Positions 12,061 through 26,100 of a stretch of 64,000 bases of DNA are shown here, one piece after another. The DNA is from Gracilinanus agilis (lineage: Eukaryota). How positions within the stretch are numbered: the first letter of the stretch is position 1; the number at the start of each line of letters is the position of its first letter. Both the position numbers and the translations under genes were made by a program. Where the stretch lies: the NCBI RefSeq assembly GCF_016433145.1, contig NC_058131.1, positions 232,317,395-232,381,394 of the forward strand. Reading direction: 5' to 3'. Under the pieces are notes generated by a model. It was not told where the DNA came from. It searched no databases and saw nothing but the letters and a program-made list of their open reading frames with translations.

Positions 12061-13820
12061 GAACATGGGTCTTGTCTAGTACCATGAAGGAGAAAGAAGG
12101 AATCTGGAGAGAAATGAGGCCAGCTAACCCTTACAGGCTGCAACTTTGGTCACAGCCACTCTTGGTCTCAGTGCAATCCAGAAGGAATTTATTTAAGTGC
12201 CTACTATGTTCAAGGCATAGTGCTAGAAGTAGGAAAGCAGTCCCTATTTTCACAGAGTTTTATGTTCTAATCTGGAAACATACATACATCTCTTAAGGAT
12301 ATATGCATATTTATCTATAATTTCAGGAAGAGAGAAAGAACTAATAAAATTAAGGACATCAGGTATGACTTTTCAAAGGAGGTGGCATATGGGTTGAGCT
12401 TTGAAGGAAGCCAAGGAGGCTGAGAGGCAGATGTATGCTGATAAATATTGAATAACCAGCTCTCAAAAATGCACACATTTTTATATCTAATCTAATTTCT
12501 CTGTCATCTTCTCAAGTTTAGACTACCAATAAATCAAAGCCCTGAGTTATAGCAATTTCTGAGATGTAAATTCTCACCCCCAAAATTGAATGATCTGCTC
12601 TCAAAAGTCAGTTGGAACTAGTTCTAGCACAACCCCTGGCTGGTGAGGAAGGTGCAGATTTTAGGGATGGAGGATGGATGGAATGGAGTGTAAGTAAGGC
12701 CAATTAATTGTAAATGGGAAGGGGTTAGAAGCTGAATTAAAGGATCTCCAAGGTCCCTTTCATTTTTAAGATTCTATGTTTCTAGGAAACTCAGAGGACA
12801 GAGAAATACAGTCTAGAGGAAAAGATGGTTTGAGGTGGAAAGATGATTGAGTTTGGTTTTAAATCTATTAAGTTTGAGGTGATGGTAAACTTCCACACAA
12901 AAAATTGTACAACAGGAAGCTGGAGGAGTGGAAACAAAGCTTGAGAGACAGAGCGGATCAAGTAAGAAATATAGCCTGGGAGTAGATACCCTCAAATAGC
13001 TCAGGATACTTTGACAGTAGGTTGTGGGACACCCTTACAGTAGCATCTTGAATATCCTCACAGTAGGTTAAGGGATACCCTCGAGACTGGACTATGGCAT
13101 ATCATCCAAGTAGGTTGGTTGGAGACTCACTGAAGACTGAGGACATCCTTTCAGTAGGATGGGGGACAGATACCTTCATAAAAGGCAGAGGGGTAGAGTT
13201 GGGGAATTTCAAATGGTAGGCTTTGGGAGCTTCTGGTGGTGGGCATGAGCAATGGTAGAGATAATATATAAATCAGATGGATGGGATTAATGGGGCTAGG
13301 AGTTTGGAAGAAGTACCTGGTAGCCTTACCTGAAACTTGATGTCAAAGATGACTGAAGGTGGGGTTGTAAGGTTCTAGTGGCAGTTGGTTAGATGGGGGA
13401 GGGAGCTTCCAGTGGCAGTTGGCTGAGGGAAGTCTCAGAAGCCAACTGCTACACAGAAGGGGGGGAGGGGATCTGGAGAAAATGGCTCCAAGTCTCTTCC
13501 CTTTGTCTATATATATTTGGGGTTTGACACATTGAAGGGTCCACTTCAGAGCACAGAGTGCTGCTAGAGTGGTAATTGCAACAATTAAATTCTCAATAAA
13601 AGAATGACACCTTTTAAGTAAATTAAATAAATTTGGAGTCAGTGAAAGTGCTTTTTGTCTTACCTCTTCTTATTCAGAAGCAAAATTTGTAAAAAAGTGT
13701 AACATTTACTCTAAGAAAGAAAAAAATTACTAAGTTTACAGACTAAACATAGTATAAATAGCCAATCAAAACCTCTCAGCCAAATTTAACCACTTATATC
13801 TTGATCAAATTGAAAAACAA

Positions 13821-14015
13821 GGGGCAGCTAGGTGGCTTAGTGGAGAGAGAGCCAAGACTGGAGCCTGGAGGGTTTTTGTAGCCTTAGACCCTTCCTAGCA
13901 GTGTGACCCTGGGCAAGTGGCTCCTAACCCCCATTGCTCAGCCCTTGTTGCTCTTCTGTCTTGGAAGGAATACTTAGTATCACTTCTAAGACAGAAGGTA
14001 AGGGTTAAAAAAAAA
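13821..14015 (+). mobile_element. SINE1_Mdo-type SINE
   Basis: ggggcagctaggtggcttagtgg...ggtaagggttaaaaaaaaaa. Confidence 0.88.
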
Positions 14016-14069
14016 AACACAACTCAAATGAAAGTATTATGGCATACAACTTTAGCAGAATTAACTCTT

Positions 14070-14244
14070 TTTTTTAAAGCCCTTATCTTCTACTCCAGAA
14101 GAGTGGTAAGAGCTAGGCAATGGGGGGGGGTTAAGTGACTTGCCCAGGGTCATACAACTGGGAAGTGTCTGAGCTCACATTTGAACCCAGGACCTCCTGT
14201 CTCTAGGCTTGGCTCTCAATCTACTGAGCCATCCAGCTGCCACC
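14070..14244 (-). mobile_element. SINE1_Mdo-type SINE with 14-bp TSD
   Basis: TSD CAGAATTAACTCTT at 14056-14069 and 14245-14258. Confidence 0.93.
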
Positions 14245-16247
14245 CAGAATTAACTCTTAACAAAAATACACTTGCTAAAATCCCCTTCTGAGTGAGTGCT
14301 TCCTATGGTTTTGGTGATATATACACATATATTATAGTGAAAAAGGGTGCCTTTGAGAGCTAGAATGTTCCCTCTTGGCAGTCTTCAAGCAGAAGTTGGA
14401 TGCCTACTTATTGGATATGTTATAGTATGGATTTCTTTTTGAGGAAGGGCTAGACTAGATGGCTTCTGAGGTTCCAACTATAAAATTCTTTTATATTATA
14501 AAATATAAAACTATAAAATGCAAGGTGTCCCACAAGTTTTAATAACCTCAGAAGTATAAATGCTAAAAATTTACCAAAACAGTATTTATTTTTGTAAGGT
14601 TAATTATACATATTTTTAAAATATCAATGTGTTTCTAATTAGAAGGTAGGTGTCAAAGTGAATAAAGTGACTGGTTTAGAGTCAGGAAGACCTGAATTAA
14701 AAGATGACAGTTTTGATGTGACCCCACAAAAAAAAGTGTAATGAAGATAGATAAGGTGACTGGGGTGGCCCTATATCAAATCTACTATTGGTCTGAGAAA
14801 ATATTATCCAGAAATTGTTGCATATAAAATGCATAATAATAAGGTGCCCTTCTTGTTAAAATATACAAAGCAAATAAGTTAAAAAGAAATTTTAAAAAGC
14901 ATTCAAATGATTTTATTTTATTTTTATCTTTTATTTTATGCTAGTAACAAATTTACACATAAGTTTTCCAAGGTTATGTGATTCATCTTGTCTCTCTCCC
15001 CTCTTCCCTTCCCCCTCCCTGAGTTGAAAAGCAATTCAATCTGGGTTGTACATATATATTATCACCCAAAACATATTTCTATGTAATGCATTTTTGTAAG
15101 TGAATAATCTTATAAAACCAAAAACCCAAATTATATACCCAAATCTATGCTTTCATTTGCATTTGTAACAGTTCTTTCTTTAGAGGTGGACAGCATTCTT
15201 TTCCATAAGTCCCTCAGAATTGTCCTGGATCATTGTTGCTGTTAGTAGCAAAGTCTTCCACATCAAATGGTTTTTTAAAAAAAGTTTACAGCATTTATAT
15301 TTCTGAAATGATTAAAGTTTAAAACTACAGTAAGACTTTTGGAACACCGACTGTGTGAATGACAGGGGGAAGGTTGGAGTTACCATGAATGCTATTTGGA
15401 TTCTCCTATCTTAACTTTTCACACAGAAGGGATATAGTGTCAGTGGATAATCCAGGCCATACTAATTTTCCAGATTTTCCAGAAAATACAGATTTTCCAG
15501 ACCCAGAGCAGCTAGTAGAAAATATGCAAGTAGGAATCTTGTGAGGAACTGGCCTTTTCTCAGAGACCCAGAGTAATGGGGAAGGAAAATGCATAGTTTG
15601 GATGAGACTTACTGGATCATGCTAGCCCAGGTGGCAATCCAGCTTTTGTGGGATTTCCTAGCAAGAGTCTCCTTACAGTGGGGGCCACATTCTTTCTTCT
15701 CATTTCTTCCAACTTTCTTTCCTCTTTTCCCATGTGCAACTACAAGTATCAGGGTAAATAATAATGACATAGTAACATATCTTCTGATGAAGTTCTACAT
15801 TAATGCTTCTGTGTGATCAGTAGTGTTAGAACACTGGAATGGGATCTCATGGACTTAGATCATCCCTTCAATGATCCAGACCACCCTATATCTCCATGCC
15901 ATCCCAAGCCCTGCCAGGCCTATGGCTATTGTCCATGGCTTCCTATTCACCTCAGGGGGTCTACCCTACCTGCTTTTTCTTGACATATTAAGGAAACTAT
16001 GGAGAACACATGCTGTCCCTCAGCTTTTCCTCTCTCTTACCACATGGCCAGCCTAGCTTTTTTGTTTACATATTTCTTTGATAACATCTGTTATGTTACT
16101 TTTTGGGAAATTCTTTGTAACGTGTCAAAGTCTACTTTTACCCTCTGTAGACTTTTTGGGTAATCCTTAGTTTTAATTCTCCAGGGACTGTGGTGTCCTC
16201 ACATACTTTCAACACCAGAAGAATACCATTGTCTTATTTTTTCCCCC

Positions 16248-16390
16248 TTAAAACCTTTACCTTCTTTCTTGGAATCAATACTCAGTAAGGGTTCCAAGGT
16301 GGAAGGGCAGTAAGAGCTAGGCTATGGGGTTTAAGTGACCTACCCAGGGTCACCAAGCTAGGAAGTGTCTGAGGTCAGATTTGAATCTCT
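16248..16390 (-). mobile_element. SINE1_Mdo-type SINE (partial)
   Basis: Family match. Confidence 0.8.
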
Positions 16391-16687
16391 CTCATTTTTA
16401 AAAGATGGGACTTTATTTCAGGGAGAAGCTTCTAACCTAAGGCTTTTGATTCAAACCCTAGGGTTCTTTCCTCTATACTCTGCTGTCTCTTTGTTATGAT
16501 GTATGCATTATTATAATCTGCCTTCCTTCACCGTCCCCCATCCCTTCCTACAAGAAAACCATAATTCCATGTGAGCAAGAATCTTATTTAAATTGTAAGT
16601 CCCTTCTCACCTCAAAGGTATGGTATGGTGACTAGAATACTGAACTCTGTTTCAGCCTGTGGGTTATTTCTCTCCACAGCTCAAAGG

Positions 16688-16831
16688 TCTGGGTTCAAAT
16701 TTGACCTCAGATACTTCATAGCTGTGTGATCTTGGGTAAGATCACTTAACACCAATTGCCTAGGCCTTTTCATGTTTCTGCCTTGGAACAGATTCTAAGA
16801 CAGAAGGTAAGGGTTAAAAAAAAAAAAAAAA
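16688..16831 (+). mobile_element. SINE1_Mdo-type SINE (5'-truncated)
   Basis: Family match with A tail. Confidence 0.8.
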
Positions 16832-17059
16832 GCCACTGAGGAGCCTGCATTGAACCATGGTATTGCTGGCTGACCTTACTGAACTATGTCCATCAGAAAC
16901 TGTACCTAAATTAGCCTAAACCAGTTTAAACCAGCCTTGTGATTGGTTGTTGCTACTAAAAATCCTGAAACATCCTGCTTCTGTGTTCTACCTGTTCATA
17001 GAAGAGACTACTTATTCTCCACTCCCAACTCCTCCCCAAACCACCCCTTTGTGGTTTTT

Positions 17060-20000
17060 TAAATTAAATTTTAATTTTATTTCCCCCCAATTACATGCAA
17101 AAACAGTTTCTAACATTTTTTCAAAGAATATTGAGCCCTGAATTCTCTCCTTCCTACCCTCTCCCCTTCATTGAGATGGTAATCAATCTCATATAGATTT
17201 TACATGTGCAATCATGTAAGACATTTTTCCATATTACTCCTTTTGTGGAAAGAAACTCAAATAGAAAAAAAAATTAAGAAAGAAAATTTTAAAAGTTTGC
17301 TTTGATCTGAATTCAGACTCTCTGTTCTTTTTCCTTGGAAGCAGATGGCATTTTTTATCATGACTGCTTTGGATAGTTTTAGATCATTATATTGTTGAGA
17401 ATCACTATTATTCACAGTTATTCATTGTATAGTATTCCTGTGTGTACAATGTTCTCCTGGTTCTACTTATTTCACTCAGCTTCAATTTATGTAAGTCATT
17501 CCAGATTTTTCTGAGTTTCTCCTGCTTCTTTTTTTTTATTTTTAAATTTTTATTGATTAATTAATTTAGAACATTTTTCCATGGTTCCATGATTCATGTT
17601 CTTTCTCTCTCCTTCTCCCTCCCCCTTCCAGGAGCTGATGAGCAATTCCACTGGGTTTTACATGTATCATTGTTCAAAACCTATTTCCATATCATTAATA
17701 TTTGAAATAGAGTGATTATTCAAAGTCAACATCCCCATCGAACCATGTGATCAATCATGTTTTTCTTCTTTGTTTCTACTCCCACAGTTCTTTCTCTGGG
17801 GGTGGATAGCATTCTTTCTCAAAAGTCCCTTGGGATTGTCCTGGATACTGCATTGCTACTAGTAGAGACTGCTTCTCATTTCTTACAACACAATAATATT
17901 TCATTACAATCATATACTATAACTTACTTAGCCATTCTCCAATTGATGGGCATCCCTTCACTTTCCAAATCTTCTCCCTCCACAAAAAACAGCAGCTTTA
18001 AATATTTTTGTACTTATAGGTTTGCCCCCTCCCCGCTTTTTTTCCCTTTGGGATATAAACCTAGTAATGATATTGTTGGTTCAAAGGGTATGTACTGTTT
18101 TATATAGTTCTTCGGGCATAGGTCCAAATTGCTCTCCTGAATGATTGAATCAGTTCATCATTCTTCTAACAGTGCATTCACTTCTCAGCTTTCCCATATC
18201 CCCTCCAAGTTTTGTCATTTTTCTTTTCTCTCATAATAGCCAATCTGATACGTGTGGGGTGGTATCTCAGAGTTTTAATGTGTTTCTCTAAATAATAGTG
18301 ATTTAAAACATTTTTTTTTCATAATTATAGGGAATTTTAATTACTTTTTCTGAGAATTCCCTGTTCATATCTTTTGACCATTTATCAGTTGGGGAATGAG
18401 TTGTATTCTTATATATTCAATTCATTTCTCTATGTATTTGAGAAATGAGGCCTTTATTAAAATGGTAAAAAAATCTTGCACCATTATGATTGCTATGTAT
18501 TACTCTCCATCCTATTTCCCCCATTCAGTTTCTAACCTTTACCTCCCCAAATTTGCCTTCTTTTCTATCAGCCCCACCTTTTCTTCTCTTATCCTCTTCT
18601 CCTTCTACTTTCCATCCAGTAGGGTAAGATAACTTTCTATACCAAATTAATTGTGTAAGTTCTTCCCTAATTGAGCCAATTCTGATGAGACTAAGGTTCA
18701 CATGCTCTTCTCCCCATCTCCCCTATCTTCCCCTCCAATGTAAATGATTTTTCATGCCTCTTTTATGTGAGATAATGTACCCCATTTTATTTTTCCCTTT
18801 CCCCTTCTCCCAATGCAGTCCTCTTTCTCATACCTTAATTTTATTTTATTTTTATATCATCCCTTCATATTCAACTGATACCCTTGACCTATGTCTATGT
18901 ATACATCTTCTAACTTCCCTAATAATGACCATGCTTTTTGGCATTACAAGAATCATCTTCCCATGTAGGGATACACACAGTTTAACCTTATTAAATGTCT
19001 TTTAATTTTTTTTCTGTTCACCTTTCATGATTCTCTTGAGTCTTGTATTTGAGAGTTAAATTTTCCATTCAGCTCTGGTCTTTTTATAAGGAATGTTCTA
19101 AACTCCTCTGTTTCATTGAATACCCATTTTTTCTCCTGAAGGATTATGCTCAGGTTTGTAGGGTAAATGATTCTTTGTTGAAGTCCTAGCTTCTTTGCCC
19201 TCTGGAATATTATATTCTAGCCCCTCTGATCCTTTAATGTAGAAATTGCTAAAGTTTGCGTTATTCTGATTATGGATCTATAACATTTGTATTATTGGTT
19301 GCCCACAATATTTTTCCTTGACCTGAGTTTTGGAATTTGGCTAGAACATTCCTGGGATTTATCCTTTGGGGATCTCTTTTAGGAGGTGATTGGTAGATTC
19401 TTTCAATTTCTATTTTGTTTTCTGGTTCAAGAATATCAAGGGAGTGTCCCTTGATAATGTCTTGAAAGATAATGTGTAAGCTTGTTTTTTGATCAGGTAG
19501 TCTAATAATTCTTAGATGATCACTCCTAGATTTATTTTCTAGGTCAGTTATTTTTCTCATGAGATATTTCACATTTTCTTCTATTTTTCCATTCTTTTGG
19601 CATGATTTTCTTGTGTGAGCTTTTGTACCTCCTTTTCCATTTTACCAATTCTACTTCATAAAGAGTTCTTTTCATCAGTAAACTTTTGTACCTCTTTTCT
19701 CATATGGCCAATTCTGTCTTTCTCTAGAAGTTTTTCTCTTCAGTCCATTTTTGTATATCCTTTTCCATTTGACCAATTTTGCTTTTTAAGAAGTTCTCTT
19801 CATTGATTTTTGTGTCTCTTTTTCTAATTGCACTATTCTGTTTTTTAAGATATTAATTTCTTTGGTATTTTTTGTGCCTCCTTTACCAAGCTGTTGACTT
19901 TTTTTCATGATTTTCCTGTATCATTCTCATTTATTTTCCCAATTTTTCTTCTACCTCTCTTATTTGATTTTTAAAATCCTTTTGAGCTCCTCCATTAATT

Positions 20001-20870
20001 CTTTTTGGGGCTTGAGAGCAATTGTTTATCTTGGAGGCTTTGTATATAGCAGTATTGACTTTGTTGTCTTCTTCTGAGTTTGAATTTTCCCTGTCACCAA
20101 AATAACTTTCTATGTTGAGTTTCTTTTGTTGTTGTTTATTCATTTTCCTGCCTTTTTCTTTTCATTAAAAAAAACTGTTCAAGTTGGGCTTTGTTACTGT
20201 GGTGAAGGGAACAATGTTTCAAACTTCAGGTTCTTTGTGCAGCTACCTTCAGAGCTTGCTCTGGGGATCTATCTTCCAAGGTAGTATGATGTAAGAAGAG
20301 GTGTGTTTAACACTCTCCTGGCCTGTGGTCTGGTCTATGAGTAACCCCAAGCATTCTTTTCTGCCTTGGAACTGGGACCAGGTTCCCCTGCTTCCCTGTG
20401 TTCACAAACATTGCCATCTGCTAGTGTTTCTCCTCACCCTGAGATCACACCCCTGCACTGAGATCTGATTCTGCATATGGGCAATGTGACAAGAGTCTTG
20501 TACCCACAGCCATCAAAGGGACCCTTATATAATCCTCTTCTGAACAGTTGTCTGACCACCAACCCCTTTCCATCTGTGACTACACACCCTGGAAACCTTT
20601 GTTGCTGCTTCAGCTGTCCCCAAGGCTTGTGGCCATGGTGGGCTTGCCCTGGCATGCTGTGCTCCATAACCACCCCAGTGCACTAGATCCCTTGTGCTAG
20701 CCTTCTAAGTTGTTTTAAAGGCTGAAAAATTTCTTCAACATGGTTTTTTGTCGGTTTCGCTGCTCCAAAACTCATTTTGAAGTATAATATTTTTCCAGGG
20801 TAATTTGGTAGAAATCTCAATAAATAGGTCCCTGGACCTTCCCTGCCATCTTGACTCCACCTCTCCCCTT
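17060..20870 (-). mobile_element. Old L1-derived element: 5' UTR, degenerate ORF1, ORF2 C-terminus and 3' UTR, lacking most of ORF2
   Basis: ORF 19270-19572 has DLENKSRSDHLRIIRLP (L1 ORF1p motif); 17870-18470 resembles the ORF2 C-terminus; no endonuclease/RT sequence seen between. Confidence 0.7.
17530..17868 (-). mobile_element. Younger L1 3' fragment nested in the older element
   Basis: Poly-T start; TSD CTGCTTCT at 17522-17529 and 17869-17876; same family as 30150-30715 and 59776-60808. Confidence 0.8.
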
Positions 20871-21504
20871 TGTGTTTTCAAGCTTAAATTGTCCCTGCCC
20901 CTCTTGGGATGTGGTCTCTATTCTGGATGTTCCTGGCATGTAGATCAAACCATTTTCCCTTTTAATAAACAATCTTTTTGCTTCTTCTGACTCAACCAAG
21001 ATTCTTCTGTATTTGAAAAGTGGGTTTTTATCAGTAGACAATGTCTAAGGCAAGATCAGGACCAAAATCTTCCTGACTGGATATGATTTCCTATACCAGG
21101 TTTTTCTCTAATGCAATGGAGGAATCATTGTATTCTCCATGGAAAACCATCTGAGATTTTCTGACAATGAATCAGAGATTATAGAATTTAGAGTTTGACA
21201 GTGATAAGAGAGATCAGGCATATTAGTGACATAGAGTTCTCAAAGCCTAAGCCAGCAGAACTCAAATTCTGGAAGGTCCTTCCAAGCTAGAAGAGCTTTG
21301 ACTAACAGGCCCAATTATAGATTAGATCTTAATAGTCTGAGGATTACCTGGGCTAAACTGGGAGCAACTCAGAAGGCTGGCTATCCAGAAATCTTTGGTG
21401 GGGCATTATGGCAACATATGAAGACTACCTTTCAAGTTTGGAGGAATTCTAATCAGTACACTATCAAAATCATGATTCTTTTAAAGTACTGTCTACATTT
21501 ATAT

Positions 21505-21725
21505 AAGCAGCTAGGTGACACAGTGAATAGAGAGCTGGGCCTGGAGTCAGGAAGACCCGAGTTCAGATGTGGCCTTAGATACTAACATTGTGACCCTGGG
21601 CAAGCCTCAGTTTCCTCATCTGTAAAATGAGTTGAAGAAGGAAATAGTAAACCACTCTAGTACAGTATCTTTGCCAAGAAAATATAAAATGAGGTTATGA
21701 ACAGTTAGATACAACTAAACAACAA
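21505..21725 (+). mobile_element. MAR1-type CORE-SINE with RTE-derived tail
   Basis: gcagctaggtgacacagtgaatagagagctgggcctggagtcagg...gaaggaaatagtaaaccactctag...ctttgccaagaaaa. Confidence 0.8.
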
Positions 21726-22414
21726 CAAAGTACATTTATATGTGTTTTTAGGTCACTAAGTACTTCATATATAGTAGCATCTTCCCTCCTTCCTCCAACT
21801 TTATAAGGAATTTATAGGATGATAGAGTTAGAGCTGTCAGTGTCTTTAAAGGTTATCTAGTCTAATCCCCTAATCTTATAGATAAAGAAATTGAGACCCA
21901 GACAGGATAAATTAATTGCTGGGGACAAAATGGATAGCAAATAGCAAAACTGGGATTTGGACTTGTCTGAACTGCTACCAGGTCATCTGGTTCAGAGCTC
22001 TCATTTTATAGACCAGGATCAGAAAGGCCAAATAATGTCCAAGATTATAGGTGATAAGTAGTAGGACCAGGATTCTAATCTAAGTCTTTTGATTCTAATC
22101 CCATATTTTTTCCCACTACATTTTACTGTCTTTTAGTTATGACATATCCATTATTGTAGTCTATGTTCCCTGTCTCCCCCTAGAAGACTTGTCAACACCA
22201 TGTGAATGGAAGTCTGTCTTATTTAAACTGTATGTCCCAAAGGTATGGCATAGTGACTAGAATACTGGACTCTAGTTTAGCTTGGGGGTTATTTCTCCAT
22301 GCAGCACAACTCCCAACAACCAATGCTAACTCTTCTTCAATTTACAAAGCTTTATCAGTATGGTTCTTAAATTGATGAAATTTGCTTCCTGCTGGGTGAG
22401 ATGTCCTTAAAAAT

Positions 22415-22612
22415 GTTTTAAACTCTTACCTTTTGTCTTTGACTCAATACTAAGTATTGATTCTAAGGCAGAAGAGCAGTAAGGGGTAGGCAATTGGGGT
22501 TAAGTGACTTGCCAGGGTCATACAAGTCAGAAGTATCTGAGTTAAGATTTGAGCTCAGGACCTCCTGTCTCTTAGGCTTGGCTGTCTATCCACTATGCTA
22601 CCTAGCTGCCCA
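22415..22612 (-). mobile_element. SINE1_Mdo-type SINE
   Basis: Family match. Confidence 0.85.
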
Positions 22613-22859
22613 GGTGAGATGTCTTTTTACTGGGCAAGTAGCTTCACTGCAGGACATCATTGCTGATAGAGATAGGAGAAGGGAGTCAGGTGGGCAGGTT
22701 CTCACCTTTCCTCATCCAAGGAATAATTCCTTCTTCCATAGCAAGCTCATTTCTCTATTGCCAGAACTCACAATCCTCAGAGCTATCTCCCTGCCTTAAC
22801 CAATTCCCTAGAGAAAAAAATTCTTATTCTTTTTTTTTGTAAGGCACACACTCCTTTTT

Positions 22860-22975
22860 AGAATGTTTTTAGATAATTGAAGGAAATGATAAATTTCAGT
22901 TAGACATGTGAAAATAAAAATATAATTCTTTCCCCTTCTAAGTTCATAGATCCCCTGAAATCTATCCACTAGACA
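22860..22975 (+). mobile_element. Old hAT-Charlie 3' fragment
   Basis: ataattgaaggaaatgataaatttcagttag...agttcatagatcccctgaaatctatccac. Confidence 0.5.
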
Positions 22976-22989
22976 ACAGATTACTTTGG

Positions 22990-23190
22990 AGAGAGATGTA
23001 GCTCAGTAGATAGTGAGCTGGGCTTAGAGATGGGAGATCCTGGGTCCAAATCTGACCTCAGAGGTTTCCTAACTGTGTGACCCTGGGCAAATCACTTAAC
23101 CCCAGTTGCCTGGCCCTTATTAATTCTGCCTTAGAACAAAATCTTATTGATTCTAAGATGGAAGATAAGGCTTAAGAAACAAACAAACAC
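22990..23190 (+). mobile_element. SINE1_Mdo-type SINE
   Basis: Family match. Confidence 0.82.
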
Positions 23191-26100
23191 CTTTGCCCCA
23201 TGAGAGTACTTTTCAAAGATTACCAAGGAACATAGTTAAGCCTTTTGCCAGGCAAGGCAATGACTGGCTGCCCTCTAATTCCTTAAAAAAATTTTTACAT
23301 TAACATTTTATTATTTTAATTAACAGAAATCTATTATCTCTCTCCTATCCATTCTCCCTACTCCACAATTTTGAGAACGTCCCAACAAATTCCTTGTTAA
23401 AAATATGCATACTTAAGCAAAACAAATTCTCTTAATGACTGTTAAAAAAAACAAACCCTAGTTTTTCTAAACCCTGAATCTATCACCTCTCTGTCAGGCA
23501 TAAATCTGCAATCATAGATGGTTGTTTTGTTGATCAGAATTCTAAATAGCTTTCAAAGTTACTTGTTTTTACAGTGTTGTTATTGTAGAAATTGTTTTGG
23601 TTCTGCTCACTGTGTTGCATCAGTTCAAACAATTTTTTCCATGTTTCTTTGAACAGTGTTCCATTACATTTATAAACCACAATTTGTTCAGCCATTACCT
23701 AACTAATGGGAACCTCTTAGTTTTCAGTTTTTTTACCACCACAAAAAAAGCTCCTAAAAATGTTTGTACATATAGGACCTTTTCCTCTTTATTTCATCTC
23801 TTTGAGATATAGCCCTAGCAGGGTTAGAGCTGGGCCAAAGGATATTCACTGTTTAGTTACTTTTTATGTATAATTCCAAATTGTTTTCCAGAATTGTTGT
23901 GTTCATTTATGAAGCTACCTAGAGTTCTTTAATGTGCCTATTTTCCCCACAATCATTCTAGCATCTAGCATCTATTGACTTATTTTCTTTTTATAACCTT
24001 TGCTATTCTTATGGCTGCCCTCTAAATCCATCAAGTTTGGCAGATGAAAGGGAAATGAGATGATATAAAAATATTTATATTTCATTTAAGACCATAACAT
24101 CTTGTCTGTTACATGCTCCTTACATTCAGCTAGATGGTTCAGTGGGTAGAACAATAGGCCTAGAGTCAAAAAGACTTCAGTTTCTTCTTCTGTAAAATGG
24201 GGATAATAATAGCACCTATTTCCCTGGGTGGTTGTGAGGATCAAATTGAAATAATTGTGAGGTGCTTAGCATCATGCCTGGTACATAGTAAATGCTTAAT
24301 AAATATTAGCTATTTTCCATCAACTACAGTATAGGAAATGTATAACCCAGATCCAATCAACTGCCAGCACTGGGAAGAGGGAGGGAAAAGAGGGAAGGAG
24401 AGAAGTTCAATGATTTAACTTTGGAAAACTTGTGTGGAAATTCATTACATGTAATTGGTAAAAACAAATAAATAAATGAACTGCAATATAGGAAAATCAA
24501 TTGACCAAAGGTCTCCAGATTAATCCTTTCTCCCAACTAACTTAGTAGTATATCTATTTTTACTGGTGAGGAAGCTAAGGCTTAGGAAAGTGAAAAAACT
24601 TGCTCAAGGTTATACAGTTAGATAAATGGCCTCACTGGCATTCAGTTGGAGAAAAGCTGGATTTGTAGCCAGAAGACTCCCTGTTGAAGGATGTAATCTA
24701 TAGAGTCATGAGAAGACTTTCCTGGATAGAAGGGGTGGATGAGAACAATTTGTTCCAACAGCTTTGAAGGCTAAGGAAGCAGGTGGTGTGGAGCACTTAG
24801 AGCTTGGTCAGATACCTGAGCCATCACCAGTCATCTTGACTTTTGTTTTGCCTCTGGACTTCTTTGGAAGAGAGAATGAGGCTGATAACTTCCTGTAGCT
24901 GTGCCTCATTTAAATCTCGTTATGCTAGTCATGTTGGTCCTCTTCCAGTAAGAAGGACAACTACCAACAGATGAGGAAACTAAGGTAAACAGGGTTAAGT
25001 GACTTGTCCAGGGTCACAAAGCTAGTGTCTGAGGTGGCATTTGAACTCAGATCTTCCTGACTCTAGTTCCAGTCCCCTATCCACTGTATCACTTAGTTCC
25101 CTTCACCCTTCCTCTCCCAACTTTAGAGGGAAGACAGGATTGTCTTCAAGTGCTGTCTAAACAATTCTAAGGATTTAAGAATGCTACCAACCTCCAGAGA
25201 AAGAACTGTTGGAGTAGAAATGCAGATGAAAACATATGATTTATCACTTGTTTATTTGGGTATGTGTTTTGGGGTTTTGGTGTTCTTTAAGATTATTCAC
25301 TTACAAAAATGAACGATATGGAAATGTTTTGCTTGATCATAGATATAAGTCAGTTTGAATTGCTTGCCAGCTTTGGGGAGGGGGGAGAGAAGGGAGGGAG
25401 ACAAATTGGATCATATAACTTCGGAAAACTTATGTAGAAATTTGTTATCAAATATTGGCTAAAGAATGATTAGACTTCCTTTGTTTAGTCCTAGAGAACA
25501 GAACTGGGAGCAAAGTAAGAGTTAAAGGTGCACAGAAAACAATGTAGGCACTTTCTAGAGCTGTCCAAAACTGATAAGGCTCCCTGGGGGGTTAGAGGGA
25601 TCCTTGTCATATAGGCCTTCAGGTAAAGTTTGGATAATCACTTGTAGGGGCCATAGTAAAGGGAATTCTTTTTAAGGTTTGGGTTGGACTCGAGGGCTAC
25701 TAAGGGCCTTTCCAACTGGGAAATTCTGTGATTTTGCAGGACTGCTTGCCACATGGGAGACACTTAAAACACTGAAATGGATGAGAATATACCTGGGGAA
25801 AATACTTCAATGCTCCCGGAAGTCAGTGTGTTCCTCTCTACACCTGGAGAACTGAAGCAGTCTCAAGAAGCTTGGTCTGGGCTTAGTTCATCTATACTTG
25901 GGAAGCCTAAGCTTCTATCCGGGTCTGAGACCACTGAGCTCTAGATAGATAAGGAAATCCAGCTCACTGGGAAGTTGATTCCAAGCTCTTTTACGGGACC
26001 CTGGCACTGCCCCAGTGAATTTGAACTAGGAATGACACATTGAAGGCTCTTTCAATTCTTTTGAGCCAGTTCTCCTAGAAGGAAAATTTAGCTGGAAATG

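Noticed and set aside
11561-12296. Long ORFs on both strands (174 aa and 210 aa) upstream of EMILIN1
   Set aside because: Low-complexity GC-rich promoter DNA with few stops; no recognisable domain
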